A DNA stretch of 64,000 bases, taken from contig JBFLGF010000125.1 of assembly GCA_050230475.1 (NCBI GenBank), forward strand, positions 1 to 64,000, written 5' to 3'. Below the pieces are notes generated by a model. That model was not told where the DNA came from, did no database searches, and saw nothing but the letters and a program-made list of their open reading frames with translations. Below are positions 12,777-26,676 of the stretch, in pieces. Origin of the DNA: Ancylonema sp. (Eukaryota). Each line of letters begins with the position of its first letter. The stretch's first letter is position 1. The translations under genes and the position numbers were made by a program.

Positions 12777-14902
12777 ATGGCGGCAGCAGCCTCCGCCATA
12801 TACTTTCTCAACTTGCGAGGGGATGTGCTCATCAATCGAATGTACCGTGATGATGGCGGGTAAAATCCGTAGGGAAGGGAGCGCTCGGGCTCAATGGGTA
12901 GCTATCTGACCCGTACTCTGTATGTTCTTCAGGGGGTCCCTTGTGGATGCTTTCCGTATGAACATCCTGCACAGCAAGGACCTTGGCGTGTGCCCCGTGC
13001 GGCAGCTGGGTAACGCCTCTTTCTTGTACATGCGGGTCAGCAACGTGTACATCGTCATCACGGTCACGGCCAACTGCAACGCCGCTTGCGCATTCAAATT
13101 CGCAGTGGAGGTCAGGGCGTTCGACTTGTTCGAGCTACCAGATGGTCTTGGGGGCGGCAGTAACTGAAGATGAAGGAGGGGGGGGGGGGTAAGGGCACAG
13201 GCGGTGTCACTCTTCAAATCTTACTTCGGAGGGGCCTTCAATGAAGATGCCATCAAGAACAATTTTGTGCTCATCTATGAGCTTTTGGACGGTACGCGTA
13301 CGCCTTGCCGAAGCGTAGGACAGTAGCAGTAGTTACATGGAGGCAGGGTATGGCAGAAACTCTCATTTCGTGGAGGTTCACTCAAACTTTTTCGCGGCTC
13401 GCTCCTTTGCAGAGATCATGGACTTCGGTTACCCACAAAACCTGTCCCCAGAGATCTTGAAGCTTTATATCACGCAGCAAGGGTTCAAGAATCCTTTTTC
13501 CAAGGCGGGTCTCGTACCCTTCCCCGCCAGCAGTCCGTTTCAGTGCTGTCGCCCCTCCTGACCTGCTCTCTGGCTCCTTGTGCCACGTGGCAGAAAGAGG
13601 AAATCCCTATGGCTCCCAACGCTACGCTGCAAGTCACAGGGGCGGTCGGGTGGAGGAGAGAGGGTGTGTACTACAAGAAAAATGAGGTGAAGAGGAAGGA
13701 TGGGGAGCTGTCGGATAGACATGTCCAGATTGACCAACGATTTCCCTCCTGCTCCCTGCTCCTTCCCCTTCAGGTCTTTTTGGACATTGTCGAGAGCGTG
13801 AACCTGCTCATGTCTCAGAATGGTGAGCCCAGAGCTCATCCCACCTCAAGGCCCAGGGCCTAGGGCACAGCAACGGCTGACATCCGCGATTCCCCCCCCT
13901 GGCAGGCAGCGTGTTGCGCTGTGACGTGAGCGGCAAGATTCTGATGAAGTGCTTCCTCTCGGGGATGCCGGAACTGAAGCTCGGTTTGAACGACAAGATT
14001 GGTCTCGAGAAAGAGGCCGCGGCGCGGGCAAGGCCGACTCGAGGGGGCAAGTCGATTGAGCTGGATGACGTCACCTTCCACCAGTGCGTGAACCTGACGC
14101 GGTTTGACAGCGAGAAGACTGTCAGCTTTGTGCCCCCTGACGGGGATTTCGAGCTCATGAAGTGAGGGCACCCCCAACCCCCCAACCCTCACCCCCCTCC
14201 TCCTCCCCTCCTGCAGCTGTAAACGGGAGAACGGGTGGTCAGGTACCGCATCACGGAGGGGATCAATCTTCCGTTCCGAGTGCTGCCCAGCTGGAAGGAG
14301 CTGGGAAGGACAAGGTTCGAAGTCAACGTCAAGGTGGGGAGGGGGCAACTGGTGATGCACACCGCTTGGGCTCAGGGCTCAGGGCTCATGACGCTCATCC
14401 TCCTGGGTGTTCATCCATCGGCGCAGATCAAGAGCGTGTTTGGTGCCAAGATGTTTGCTCTGGGAGTAGTGGTGAAGATCCCCGTTCCGAAGCAAACCGC
14501 CAAAGCCACGATCCACACGGGGGCGGGGAAGGCCAAGTATTCCCCCACCCTAGATGCGCTTGTGTGGAAGATCAAGAAGTTCCCCGGGCAGACGGAGGTG
14601 AGTTTGAGCGCGGAGGTGGACCTCATTTCCACCACCACAGAGAAGAAGAGCACCACGAGGCCGCCCATACAGATGGAGTTCCAGGTGCCGATGTTCACGG
14701 CCTCTGGGCTCAGGGTGCGGTTCCTCAAGGTGGGCACAACCCCAACACCCTTCAGCCTCCATGACCGTTGTAGAGGGAGGGGGGAGCTAATGGTGTGTGT
14801 GGTGGGATGAGGGTGGGGTAGGTGTGGGAGAAGAGCAGCTACAGTACCGTGGAATGGGTTCGCTACATCACGCGGGCAGGGTCATATGAAATAAGGGTAT
14901 AA
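12777..14902 (+). CDS. AP2M: AP-2 adaptor complex mu subunit
   Basis: Exons 12777-12859, 12933-13110, 13201-13291, 13413-13504, 13594-13686, 13774-13822, 13906-14161, 14243-14333, 14427-14729, 14822-14902. Spliced protein MAAAASAIYFLNLRGDVLINR...[20 protein letters not shown]...FVPPDGDFELMKYR...SGLRVRFLKVWEK...WVRYITRAGSYEIRV is collinear with plant AP2M. Confidence 0.96.
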
Positions 14903-14903
14903 G

Positions 14904-14976
14904 ATTTAGGGTTTAGGGTACAGGGTCTAGGGTATAGGGTACAGTGTACAGGGTGTATGGTATAGGGTTTAGGTAT
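14904..14976 (+). repeat. Degenerate telomere-like (TTTAGGG) heptamer array in the AP2M 3' UTR
   Basis: TTTAGGG TTTAGGG TACAGGG TCTAGGG TATAGGG... immediately after the stop codon. Confidence 0.8.
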
Positions 14977-17869
14977 AGACGGCTGTGCACTGTATAAGTT
15001 CAGTGAAGGCTATGAAGGGGAAGGCAGCCTAATGACTCTACAAGAAGTCAGCCAAACTTTACTCCTCCACCATACCGGATCCTAGATCCATCTCAGATCT
15101 CAGATCTCAGAGTCCATTGGCCTGTCCTCGAGAGATGTGAGTGGAGCTGCCATGCTTGAAGGGCTTTCTTTGAGATGTCACACAACAGGCAGCCTTGGCA
15201 TGGCAGGTGGCAGTCAGTTAGGCACCAAGTTTGATTGCATGGTGTGTCATGGCAAGCATTTGTGGCTTACTTTTACTGAAGGAGGATCGTTTCTTGCAAC
15301 ATATATTAGTGTAATTGGACAATATTCGGGTTTCCTTGCGTGGAGGAATCTGATATGGAAGTTTGCCGTTTGCATGCCCTTGTCGATTATTTCGGTAATT
15401 ATCTCTTCGCCAACAAAAAGATAATAATTTGGTGGTTGTTTGCTTCTCCTTGCCAACATCGCTCACTGCTTGTGGTTCAAACTCAGCCAGTGTACTTGAT
15501 AATAGTTGTGCGTCCGTTTTTTGCCCTCAAACCATCACTAGTTTCTTGCGGGGACTTATGACTTTATGACCTCGGATATCCCCCTTTGGTGTGGTAAGGA
15601 GATGTGTATAATGGCTTGGGAAATAATATGGCCGTTCTTGTGACAAACCCCAACACATTTCTTCATTGAACAACAAATGTGAATGTGTGCATTGTGTCAG
15701 AGGGTTTTGAATGTAAGAGATAGTTGGCACAAGCTCTGAAGTGGTAGGGGGGAATGTTTTGTGGAAGATTGACACAGAGGAAAGCATGTGTTGAGTTGCA
15801 GGGCGTGCGCAAACATGCAGGTGGCACGAGTGGCCTATGTACACCACCATTTGTTGGGACAATAGACATCCACGTTCAAGTAGTTCTTTTGTAGCGCCCT
15901 CCGCATAACACAAAGTCGTAGGCAAAACGGTATAGGGGATTGCCGAAGAGAGGGGAGAACAATCGGCTGCAATGTTGGATCCATAGATAGAACGACTGGG
16001 CGCCGTGACCGCAAGCGAGTGTTTCTTCCTAAGTTTGGAAACGGGATGAGAGTGGTTCCCCCCCCCCCCCCCCAAGACGGTTCCACCACCCGTAAAGATA
16101 TCCATCACAAGTTGAGTGTGATGGCCTCCACTCCTCTCACTGAGTTGGGTTGCAAATTGTGGCTATGTTGAGATATCGATGGAATCGTTATCTATCACAC
16201 TTTCCACCGCTTGAGGTTTCGAACGCTACTTGACGCGGAGGGCGAATCGAAAAATACAAAAGGATACCGAAGTCATCTGAGAATATATACCGATAAAAAC
16301 TGAGCAATTCCAGTGTTGTTTGCTAGGGTAAATAACATTACTTTTTTTACTTTTTACTTTTTTTTTTATATTGATACTATCACAAATTTGGACGAGGAAA
16401 TTTGAACTATGGCTAGTTGAGCCATAGTAGATAGCCGAGTGAGAGCATCGGCGACCAGCTATTCAAGACACGGCTGGCTAGTTGGAGCGTCGGCAAAACG
16501 ATGGTACTTGACAAGGTGGCGTCTGCTCAGTAAGAGCGTGAGCTGATCGATTTATACTACACCAAAGTTGGCATGGAATGTATAGCAAAATATTTCACAA
16601 GCTGGCCTGTAAGAGAGTCATCGCAAAGACTCAATATTACACACAAGTCAAGAACGGCATGAATGTCAACTTACGGATTTCGCCGACGATAGTCGAGCGG
16701 CAATCTAGAATTGATTGTACTCGAGCAAGGATGGCGTCAGCCACTTGTTGCGGCACTCACAAAAATTACACTTGAGATGTAACAAAATGCAACAAATTGA
16801 AATTATTTTTGAAAGTTTCTTGGCGGCGCAATATGGCAACGGAAGCTCTGAATTTTACACATAAAAATAAATGAATGAATGATTTCGATGCTTCGAATGA
16901 TTTCGATGCGCGATTCTAATTGGGAGGTTTGAGCTAGAGTTAAATCTAGACTAGGTCTAGACTCTAGATTCTATGATATTTTTCCAACTTATAACGCTAC
17001 GATGAGAGAATCAAAATATTACAAGTCATTTCTACGAATTTGTATCGCCGAGATATTATCGACATTCCAATCACATTGTGGGAAATAAAGGGCGCGATTT
17101 ACGTTGAAATATTGACACGCACTCTTAGTTGTTGTCTGGATTGTGGGCTTGTAAAATACTAAACGCGTTATTTTCGAATTAGGAAAATTTTGTATTTTTG
17201 TTAAATACAATTTGCAATTTTTTGCGATTTTTTGCGACTTTGTGAGTGAAAATGTCATTTTATATGTAGTTGCACGGACCGGCGAGCTTGGTTTCTCGAA
17301 CCGCGGTTGGACGGGGTCCGGAGTCGGGACGCGGTCGATCCGGGGATCTTTTAGGGTTTTCGTTTTTCCCGGCAATTTTCGGGGGAGGAAGGAGATATCG
17401 GGGCATATATAACGTCTTTCATTTCTTACATTTTTGCACAATGCACAAGCCAAAATGATTAGCATGTAACATTTTCCGGATTTTCCACGGTAAAGCTTCC
17501 AATCTTCCGAAAGACGAACTGAAAGTATCCAACGACCGCTGGTCTGGCATTTTTGGGGCTAAGAGGTCGGACCCCGGTCCAGGACCGGGACCTCGGAACA
17601 CCGGTCCGCCTGTCCGTGCAGGTATGACTATATCAACATGTGCTATTTCGAATTGAGAACAGTACAAATAAAGTATTTCTAGACGGATCGCAAATCGAAA
17701 CATGAGCGATCTCTAGCAGCATGACAACGGTGTTATGGCGTGTTCAATGGGTAGTAAATGTAGTCGATTTGTATGTCGTGATCGTCGTGCCGATTGACGT
17801 GAGCCTGATTTCAGCCGTTACGTTTGAAGAAGGGTTGTGATTTCTCGCATTGTTTGTTGGTGAGCATAA

Positions 17870-18123
17870 ATTTGAAGCGAGTCGCGGATGTTTGTTTAGT
17901 GGTAGCCGCATGTCATCTTGGCGTTGTTGTGGGGGAGCGCTACTCGGTAACTGCATGTCATCTAGACGTTGTTATGCGAGTACGGGGTGTGTCTAGGGAG
18001 TGGCGCGTGTGTTGAACACATGTACGGCGGTTGGTTCCCATGTTGTAGGGGCGGCCGTACGGTGTGCATTTATAATGTGGGGTGTGGCACGTGTAACCGT
18101 ACACGGTCGATACATGTACGACA
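17870..18123 (+). repeat. Dispersed repeat, probable LTR 3' end (related to 1980-2234)
   Basis: Sequence similarity to 1980-2234; ends GTACGACA; lies upstream of a Copia gag-pol relic. Confidence 0.55.
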
Positions 18124-18329
18124 CTCTTATCCGCCATTGTTAATGTAGCGTTAGCTCTTACAAAAAGAACGGCAAGCGGGAAAACAACATGTAAAAATCA
18201 CAACACCGAAATTCACATCTTACTTGTTTATTCTTCGCGAACCCCGTAAATCAGCCCTTAAGCAATGACACATTTTACCGTCCGCCTCTCGATCTCTTGC
18301 GGTGCGGTGGCGTATAACCTTAAGGATTC

Positions 18330-19615
18330 GAACAAACACAACTTTGTCTCGACGTATACGAATGGTTGTCGATACCGCGAGCACGGATCCGAAAAAAAAC
18401 TAGCAACGTCGAGAAGCTTAGCGTATTACTTTTGTTGAAGCTCACCGACCCGGAGAGGACCGTGTTACCTTTCGAGCACAAACGTGGGCAGAAAGTCGAC
18501 GACACGATTTATCCATTGGGATGTCATCGAAAAGAACGCCAAAACGCAAAGGTGTGGTCTGAATGCTAGAACTTCGAAACGGGCGTTACTTACGGGAGAT
18601 GCCTCTACCAATACTATGTGAGAATCAAAAGCGCTATCAACAATTACATCGAAAAGATATCGGTTTGGGACCGTCGAATGGCGAGTCGCTTCACGCTCAG
18701 ATGGAGGCCTTCGGCATCAAACGCACGGAGGTAGGGATACCGGGAAGAAACTGACCTCGGGAGGAAATTTTATCGCAAGGAGAAAGACAAGATGGAGGAC
18801 AAAGTTGAAAATCATGGAAGACGAACAAAGCTTGTTGCGCGTGAGACGAGACATGCCACTTTGAAAATAGGTGTAGCAAGAAGATGTATACATTGAAATA
18901 AAGTGGGCCACATCGAGCGTGTATGGCTGAGGATAACGATGAAGGCTGAGGATAACACATCTTTAGCAGGACAATTGGAGGCGTGCGTCGTTGACGTATC
19001 GGTTCACATCGGTGAAGCGGCACGTGATGAGAAGAGCTTGGAAAAGCTTGTCGTGGGTGATTGTGATTCATCCCATCACGTGTGGACCGATGAGAAAACC
19101 TTAAGTTCGCTTTGAGAGATGGAGATTCCAGCCGTCGTTCATCAAGTCAAAGGCACGGTTGATGTGAAGCAATGGGGGACAATTTTGTATGCATATAAAG
19201 GCGAGCAAAACCGGCATTTTTTTTGGGAGTGCCATATGTGCTCTTTGTCCGTGACATGCGGGTGAACCATCCAGAAGTTTCGTCTTACATCTCACATTGC
19301 CGTCCATAGAAAGACGCCGATCAAGATCGTAATCAAGGAAGTGGTTGGCGATTTTTCAAATTGCTACTATGATAGAGAGTCCGTCTTGACGTCGGACTAT
19401 TGTCGCGTGGTGCATGTTGGTGTAGATGCCATTCCACCTCCTTTGTTTGAGGGATTTTTGGAACACGTGACTTGAAACTTGCTTGATCAACGGTTGGGGC
19501 ACTCGGCGGGTAACATTCACGAGAGGATGATTTGGGTGAAGATGGTTAAGGGGGTGGAGAGCATCACGGGGAAGCTTGATTTATGCAGTCCATGCAAACT
19601 AGGTAAGAGATGACC
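18330..19615 (+). mobile_element. Highly degenerate Copia gag/protease/pre-integrase fragment
   Basis: LVVGDCDSSHHV (protease-like) and LLDQRLGH...MVKGVESITGKLDLCSPCKLGK (GAG-pre-integrase HHCC-like); many stops. Confidence 0.65.
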
Positions 19616-20113
19616 CGTCATCCTCATTTTCCGGCTGATCCAGGTCGTGATGGGACGGGTCCTCTTTTTTTGTTGTAGTGGACTTGGCTGGTTCAAAATA
19701 GCCTTGCACTTTTGGGGGTGCTTGTGGATGCTTGGGGGCACATGGTCATAGTTGATATTTTCAGCCGTCGGCTTGGGTGTTGCTTCCTCACGGGCTACAT
19801 CGAATGTTCCTTATACCGAATCTTCTTTATAACGAATGTTCCTTAATACGTTTTTTTTTATATTGGAGGAGTTTACTGAACGACCTACTTTCTCTGCTCC
19901 GAAAAAAGTTTATGAGAAACGCCGGTGTAGTATTGCGACAAGAGCAATTGCCGATCGTCATTCAGATTGTGCCAGTCTGGCAGTCTGGAGTCTGCCCTCT
20001 GCAGATCGTTTCGTAGGATATTTTACATGTATTTGTTGATTTTGTTGGCCCTCTCATATGCACAGATTCCCTGAGGTACAGCAGTAGTTGCTGGTGGTCG
20101 ATTGACGATCTTG

Positions 20114-22076
20114 ATGGCTCAGCAACTTTCGCTTCGTCAGCGTCAAATCGGTAAGAGCTTTCGCGTGCGATTCCGGACCCGGTCATCACTTTTCCTCGTT
20201 GCTAACAACGGGAGAATAGCTGAGCTGTTTTTTCTCATGTGGTGCAGATGCTGTGGTTCGAATGCTGAATTTGAATTCTCCCGTCGCGAGTGGTGGTACA
20301 GCCGATGAAGAAGTTTACAAGATTCTTCTTTTAGACCGCTTCTGCCGTGATATCATCTCTCCGTTACTTCGTGTAAATGACTTGCGGAAGCATGGCATCA
20401 CACTGCACCTTATGATCGATCAGGACCGTCAGAACATACCCGACGTTCCAGCTGTTTATTTTGTTCAGCCTTCAGTGACCAACGTGCAGCGCATAGCACA
20501 AGATACATCACGCAGTGTGTATGACAAGTTCCATCTCAACTTCACTTCCTATCTTCCACGACCCCTTTTGGAGGACCTGGCGGCCGGGGTCCTCAAGGGC
20601 GATGCTGTTCACAGGATCGCTAAAGTCCATGACCAGTACTTGGAGTTCGTGAGTCTGGAAGGAGGCATGTTCTCGCTAGCGCAGCCTCAGGCCTACGTGG
20701 AGCTCAATGATCCTACCCGACCAGACAAAGATGTGGAGGCAGCAGTGGAAGGCATTGTGGGGGGGCTGTTTTGTGTGCTGGCGACTTTAGGGGTAGTGCC
20801 GATCATCCGGTGTCCAAACAAGGGTCCGGCAGAGATGGTGGCTCGACAGCTCGACGCGCGACTAAGATCGCATCTCTCTTCCCCCGTAAATCTGTTCAAA
20901 GATGGGAGTCACGTCTACCAACGGCCTCTGCTCTGTTTGTTTGATCGTAACGTTGATTTAGCAGTAGCTGTGCAGCACAGCTGGGCCTACCGCCCGCTTG
21001 TTCACGACGTTCTGGGCATGCGTCTCAACCGAGTTTTGGTTCAGCAAAGTGGGCCAGCACAAGGGGTGCTGAAGCAGAGAACGAACACGGCGTACGAGCT
21101 GGATGACTCAGATCAGTTCTGGGTCACTCACTCAGGTTCTGAGTTCCCCAAGGCGGCTGGCGAAGTAGACAACCTTGTACGGAAGTGGAAGGCTGACAAA
21201 GACGAGTTGAACAAGCAGCCGGGGGTGGACCTGGACGAGGACGATCTCATGGGGGCAAACACGAAGCACCTCACTGCTGCAATGAATGCGGTGCCAGAGC
21301 TGGTGGAGCGCAAGCGGCTCATCGATAAACACATCAACATCGGGGGTGCGCTGCTGGAGGAGATCAAGGGCAGGAGCTTGGATCACTTTCACAATGTGGA
21401 AGAGGAGATGCTTTCCAGAGGGGCTGTGGATACCCGCCAGGTGATTGACATGCTTCGCAGCAAAGGGAGTGCGGAAGACAAGCTGCGCTTAGCTGTGGTT
21501 CATCTTCTGGTGTCAGATCAGCCCCTCCCTGCGGATCTTGAGGCTGTGGAGGGGGCACTGAGGGAAGCAGGGGTGGAGACGGCCGCAATGCATTACATTA
21601 AGCAACTCAAGAGACTCAACCAGTCCCTCACCTCAGCACAGGGGCAAGGCAGTAAGGATGACTTGTTAGACTGGGCAGGCAGGTTTGGGCAGAGCATTGG
21701 GCAGTCCATGAAGAACGTGACCTCCAGAATTCTAGCCTCTGGGCGCCAGCTGGTGGTGACTCGCGCGGTAGAGGCCCTAACCGAAGCCAAGCCAGTGCCA
21801 GAGGTGGAAGCTTTCCTCTTGCTCGACCCTCGGGCAGCCAAGGGGACAGCACCTTCTGGGGCGGCTTCTCAAGGGCGAGGGCCTTTCAAGGAGGCCATAG
21901 TGTTCATGATAGGAGGAGGGAACTACGTGGAGTACGGGGCGTTGCAAGAATTTGCGCAACGGCAACAACCTCCAAAAAACATCGTCTACGGATGCACGGA
22001 ATTGGTTTCTGGGAAGGAGTTCATAAGTCAGTTAGCCGAATTAGGAAGGAAAAAGGGGGCGGGGGGGGGTCCATGA
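20114..22076 (+). CDS. SLY1: Sec1/Munc18-family SM protein SLY1
   Basis: Exon 1 20114-20150 (MAQQLSLRQRQI), GT-AG intron, exon 2 20248-22076. Motifs YKILLLDRFCRDIISPLLRVNDLRKHGITLHL, DVPAVYFVQP, RPLLCLFDRNVDL and FKEAIVFMIGGGNYVEY. Confidence 0.96.
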
Positions 22077-24019
22077 GTGGATAGAAGGGAAGATGCAGTT
22101 TCCAGCATAGACACACTCGATGCCGATGACACACGGGTTTCATATGTTGTTCCGCCTGGCTCTACATCCACTTTTGTTTGTCACAACTAAATCAACATAT
22201 TAGTGTGTCTCCTATACCACACGAGGTTATGTTTTAGCTCATGGACATCATGAATCTGAAACAAAATCTTTTTTATTCTTGAAGTATGTACAATAGCTTG
22301 AGTCATTTCGAGGCCTTTCCCTTTTCCAAGTCATTCATCGGAGTTTATATATCATGTTGAGTTGCGTGTTGTAGTGCATCGATACCAACCACAACCAATT
22401 TTGTTATGATCACCAAAAGGACCATGGCGAATGCAACTTACTGTCACACATATAATATCTGGAAATTGAACCCGTTGGACCCGGTTCAAAACCTGGGAGA
22501 CTTTGCCAAAGTTTAAGGACTTCATGGACCCCTTCGTGGGTATCTTCCTCCTTGTTTTTGGGAACAAAAGCAACGTGCTGCCCATCACACCCTAGGAACT
22601 TAAGAAGTTGTGTATGACAATGTGTTATTGAGCAAGACACTCGCTTCTAATTCCAACATGAAATATGTGTGTTTGTGTGTGTATGTCGGGGGAGTGTTAC
22701 AAGTCGGATTTTGAATGAGATAGCACCTCGGTGTTACTCAACGATAAAATTGAACCATCACCACAATTTCATTCTGCCACGATTTGGAGAAACCCCATGT
22801 TCCTGCAACGAGCCAACATCTTCCTATCCTCATTTTCGATTGCTTCATGTAGAAGGTGGAGTCATGTCATATTGGTTGAAATGGTTGAAAAATGTTGGAG
22901 ATTCACCTTTCAAATGATGAAGACCCCCCTCAAAACGGACACCCTTTTGACTTACCGTTGTCCTCGACCCTTTCGGGTTCATATAACAAGAAGGACATAC
23001 ATTAAATCATTAATAATTTTTTCGAAAATTGAAACTCAAGTGAAGTATAAACGTTTGTTGAACATGTGTGAATGTTTGTTGTGCAACTTAAATTCGAACA
23101 TCGTAATTCTCGATTCCATGAGTGACTCGCCATAACTTGTCAATGACTTGCGGGTTGTAGAAAATGACATATTATTTCCTTTGAATGTTGTTTTGATGGG
23201 GCCGATGTAGCCACTCGACAAATTCACTATACTTGAATGAAGTGTATCAAACTCTCAGTCCTGTACCTTTTGCTAAGGTTTGCACTTTGATGAATGTTTC
23301 AAGACCGTCCCGGCGATGGACAATAACGACCTAGGTTAAAAAATAATACAAAAGATTATCCTTCATGACCCACCGAACGACCCACCCGCATAAAATGACA
23401 CTTCCCAAGTCCCTGAATTTCAAGCATAGCTGCACGAACTCCGATCCGTTTCCGAACCGGATCTAAGATGGAACCGGTTCGACAAAAGTGGCCGCGGTTC
23501 GGAACTGGACGATTCAGGGTTTTTTCACTGTAACGTCATTTGACAGTTTATATGGCACGAAAGAAATCGAAAAATATTTTTCTTTTGTGTAGCTCCTGTG
23601 AGTGCTTTCTTCTGCCATCGATGCAAAAATAAAGCATAGTTCTCTTCAACTCTCACGAATCAAGTATTCACGTCATTACAAGCGTCGGCACAACAAATGT
23701 GCAAGCTTGAGGTAGAAAGTATTGATTACAGAATACTGCATGCAAGGCCAGACCTTGTACAGTCGAGTGTGATTGATGAAGCTACTTCGTCAAAGATCTA
23801 TAAATATCGAAACTACTCGGTCAACACCAATCACATCTGAGTATTCGGCCACATCACCTATTCTTATCGACACTTGTGCCAGATGGCCAAACTTATCGAC
23901 ACAATTATAGCAACAAGTACTACGGCCGGCATTTGCTGAATAACGACAAAACTAAAGCTAAGTTTTCCGGAATAAAAAAAATCGATATAGCAATAAAAGG
24001 TCACAAAAGTTCACAACCC

Positions 24020-26130
24020 ATAAAAACTAGCACCCCCTCCTTGGGTACTTTTGTCTTCCCCCTCCAAAAACAATAAACAATGATATCCATTTTCATAAAA
24101 TAAAATAAAAGAAAACACAGACCAACATACAGAAACCATACATGTCTCACAAATCAACCCTACAATTTTTCGTTCCCACTTTCATAGACACCGGATTCCT
24201 CAACAGATCATCAGCTTGTTCTCGTCAGCTTAAATTGAGTTGTCAGCGAGCCTCAAAAAATATTGTTGTCTTCCATCAATCACACTCCATGAACTTCACC
24301 GATACCCAATCGCCTCTGAATCTAACTCACATAGATTGCCGCATTGTCAACAACACTCAGATTCAAGTATTTACGCGTCACTCTCCTCAGTGAGGAGAGT
24401 GTTGGCACGAGACCACTTTGCGAGCTCACAGCTTCTCCTTCGTTGAAAAGAGCATACTCTTCCTTGCTTTTGCAAGTTTCAGCATGAGCACCATTGCCAG
24501 TAGCAGAATAGTTCAGAATCTGTGGGTCTCCTTTTTTCTGATATTGCCCACCCAAATAGACAGACTCCTTGAGATATGCCAATACTCTTGGAGCCCCCTC
24601 CCTGTGTTGCATCTTAGTCTTCTGACTATAGCAACCCAAAGAGGTGACCGCTGCTGCCAGATCTGGACGATCTCCAAAGGGCACATAGAGCAAGCTCCCC
24701 ATAGTACAATTATACTCAACACCCTCAACCTCATCATCATCGGCCACTACCCTAGCTTTGAACTTATCAGCTTGCCCATCTGCTTTAAGCACCACCTTGA
24801 ACACCCACTTGAATTTACCAACTTTCTTGCTTGTTGGCCTGTCGACAAGCTGATAAACCTCTTTTTCTTTCAGTTTTGCTGCCATTGTTGCTTGCCACTC
24901 ATTTTTTCACGGCTCCTTAAAGCCTCAGTCCCTGTCTCCGGAGTTTTTGTTTGAGCTCTTCTTGCTACAAAATGAGGAACAAACTGGTGAACACCTTTCT
25001 GTTCGCTTTCACATTTTTCAAGTGATGGATCCTCAGCACCTGGCTCATCGACAAATTTTGCAGCACGAGTGTCGACATGTTCAAGACAAGTTAGAAGGGT
25101 GGCATCATCTGGAGACCAGAGCTCTGGATCGTGATCACCGACATCACCACTTGAATTGCTCAAAAGTTCTACAAGCTCTTGATTCTGAAGAAGAAGGGCA
25201 CCCTGAAGTTGTGGCAAAGGATTTCCCAGAACATCGGGGATTTCTTCATCGACAAAGTTCATATTATCTTTGGCAGGTTGCCCACTTCCAGAAATGCCCC
25301 CTCCGACTCCAAAATCGCCCCCTCCTACACTCTTATCAACGCCTTCCACATTTGGTCTCAATATAATCGATTCCTCTCGCCACTCTTGGAGCTCTTCTTT
25401 ATCTTCCACCATCTATCCTTTCACACACTCATCAAAATCATCGTGCGCAAGGCTGGTGTGCAAACTTTCTTCGACATCTGCAACAACGGCCTCTCGAACT
25501 AGAGTGCATATCAATGTTTTCCGAATTTTGGATGTCTTTTGCAGAGTGCATACTTGCTTGCCATATATGTTGAACACTATAATTTTGCAACTTGCCTTGC
25601 CACTGCAGGTATACGACCAGGCTCCTTCTCTTGCCTTCTGTCTACTGAACAAATTTGTGCGCATGCCAGGAATGTATAGACAATTCTTTAGAGTCACGCC
25701 ACCACATTCTCCTTCTGTGTTTAATTCCGTTGTTACCCAGTGCTGCACACGCACGTTGCCAACGAGATGATGCGAAGTAATTTCATGAGGAAAAAATCAA
25801 AATGCTTTTCTGCCCGCTGGAGCGATGGCTAGATCCGTCATCAAACAAAAATCCCTTAGCTTGTTCATGATCTGTTGCATGTCCATCGAAGATCTCGGCA
25901 ACAACAGCTTCCCCATGACCACAGCCTGCATCATGTGCAATTTCACCGACAAAGGCAGGTCCCCTCTTCGTTGCATGCGTGCAACATCGTTCTTCTTGTC
26001 GAAGCAAGTAAATGCCACATGACCAGTTGCACCATAGTATTTACACTCATCGTCTTTTCTCATACAAGCTCTATTGAAATCACCTGTCTCTCCAAACGTG
26101 TAGCATGATATCTCCACCATGATATCTACA
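24020..26130 (-). mobile_element. Degenerate, internally deleted Copia gag-pol
   Basis: Zn-knuckle-like CYTFGETGDFNRAC, LKNCLYIPGMRTNLFS, KVGKFKWVFKVVLKADGQADKFKARVVA and MGSLLY..RPDLAAAV; purine tract similar to that at ~836-870. Confidence 0.85.
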
Positions 26131-26676
26131 CCTCCACCTCATCCCTCATCCCTTTGTCTCACAAATATGTTCGTAAAATTGGAGAGGTCTAATGCAGAGA
26201 GACTAGTCACACTTGGTTTCACATGGTACATGGTTTCTATCCCAATTTTGCACATGCAGACGCGTGCGAAAAAACCGTGGACCTGGAAAAGAATTGAAAA
26301 CTAGTTTAGACTCTCGAATATACGTTATTCGCTGGCTGCACATGGTGCGGGGTTTGGCGCGCACGCGTTCCGCACATGTGCGGATGGGAACATGTGCAAC
26401 ATGTGATGAGCGAAAACGTGTGTAACCCAACTATTCAGTCAGCACACAGACTGCGCAACATGCATATTGTGGCAGTAAACGCTAGATACAATGTTTGATG
26501 CTGCTTCTTACCCTGACTGTATGAGTCAAGTCATCTTTCCACGGACGTTCCACGTGCATAAATATGCGCTACGATTATATACAAGGCTCACATCTCCATA
26601 TCCGCACTCCCCTACTCTACCTTGAAACTACGGCAGCAGGTGGATAATGCACATAGCCGCCATGATCTTCGCTACA

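Noticed and set aside
22350..23300. Short ORFs downstream of SLY1
   Set aside because: No recognisable motif; probably decayed TE sequence.
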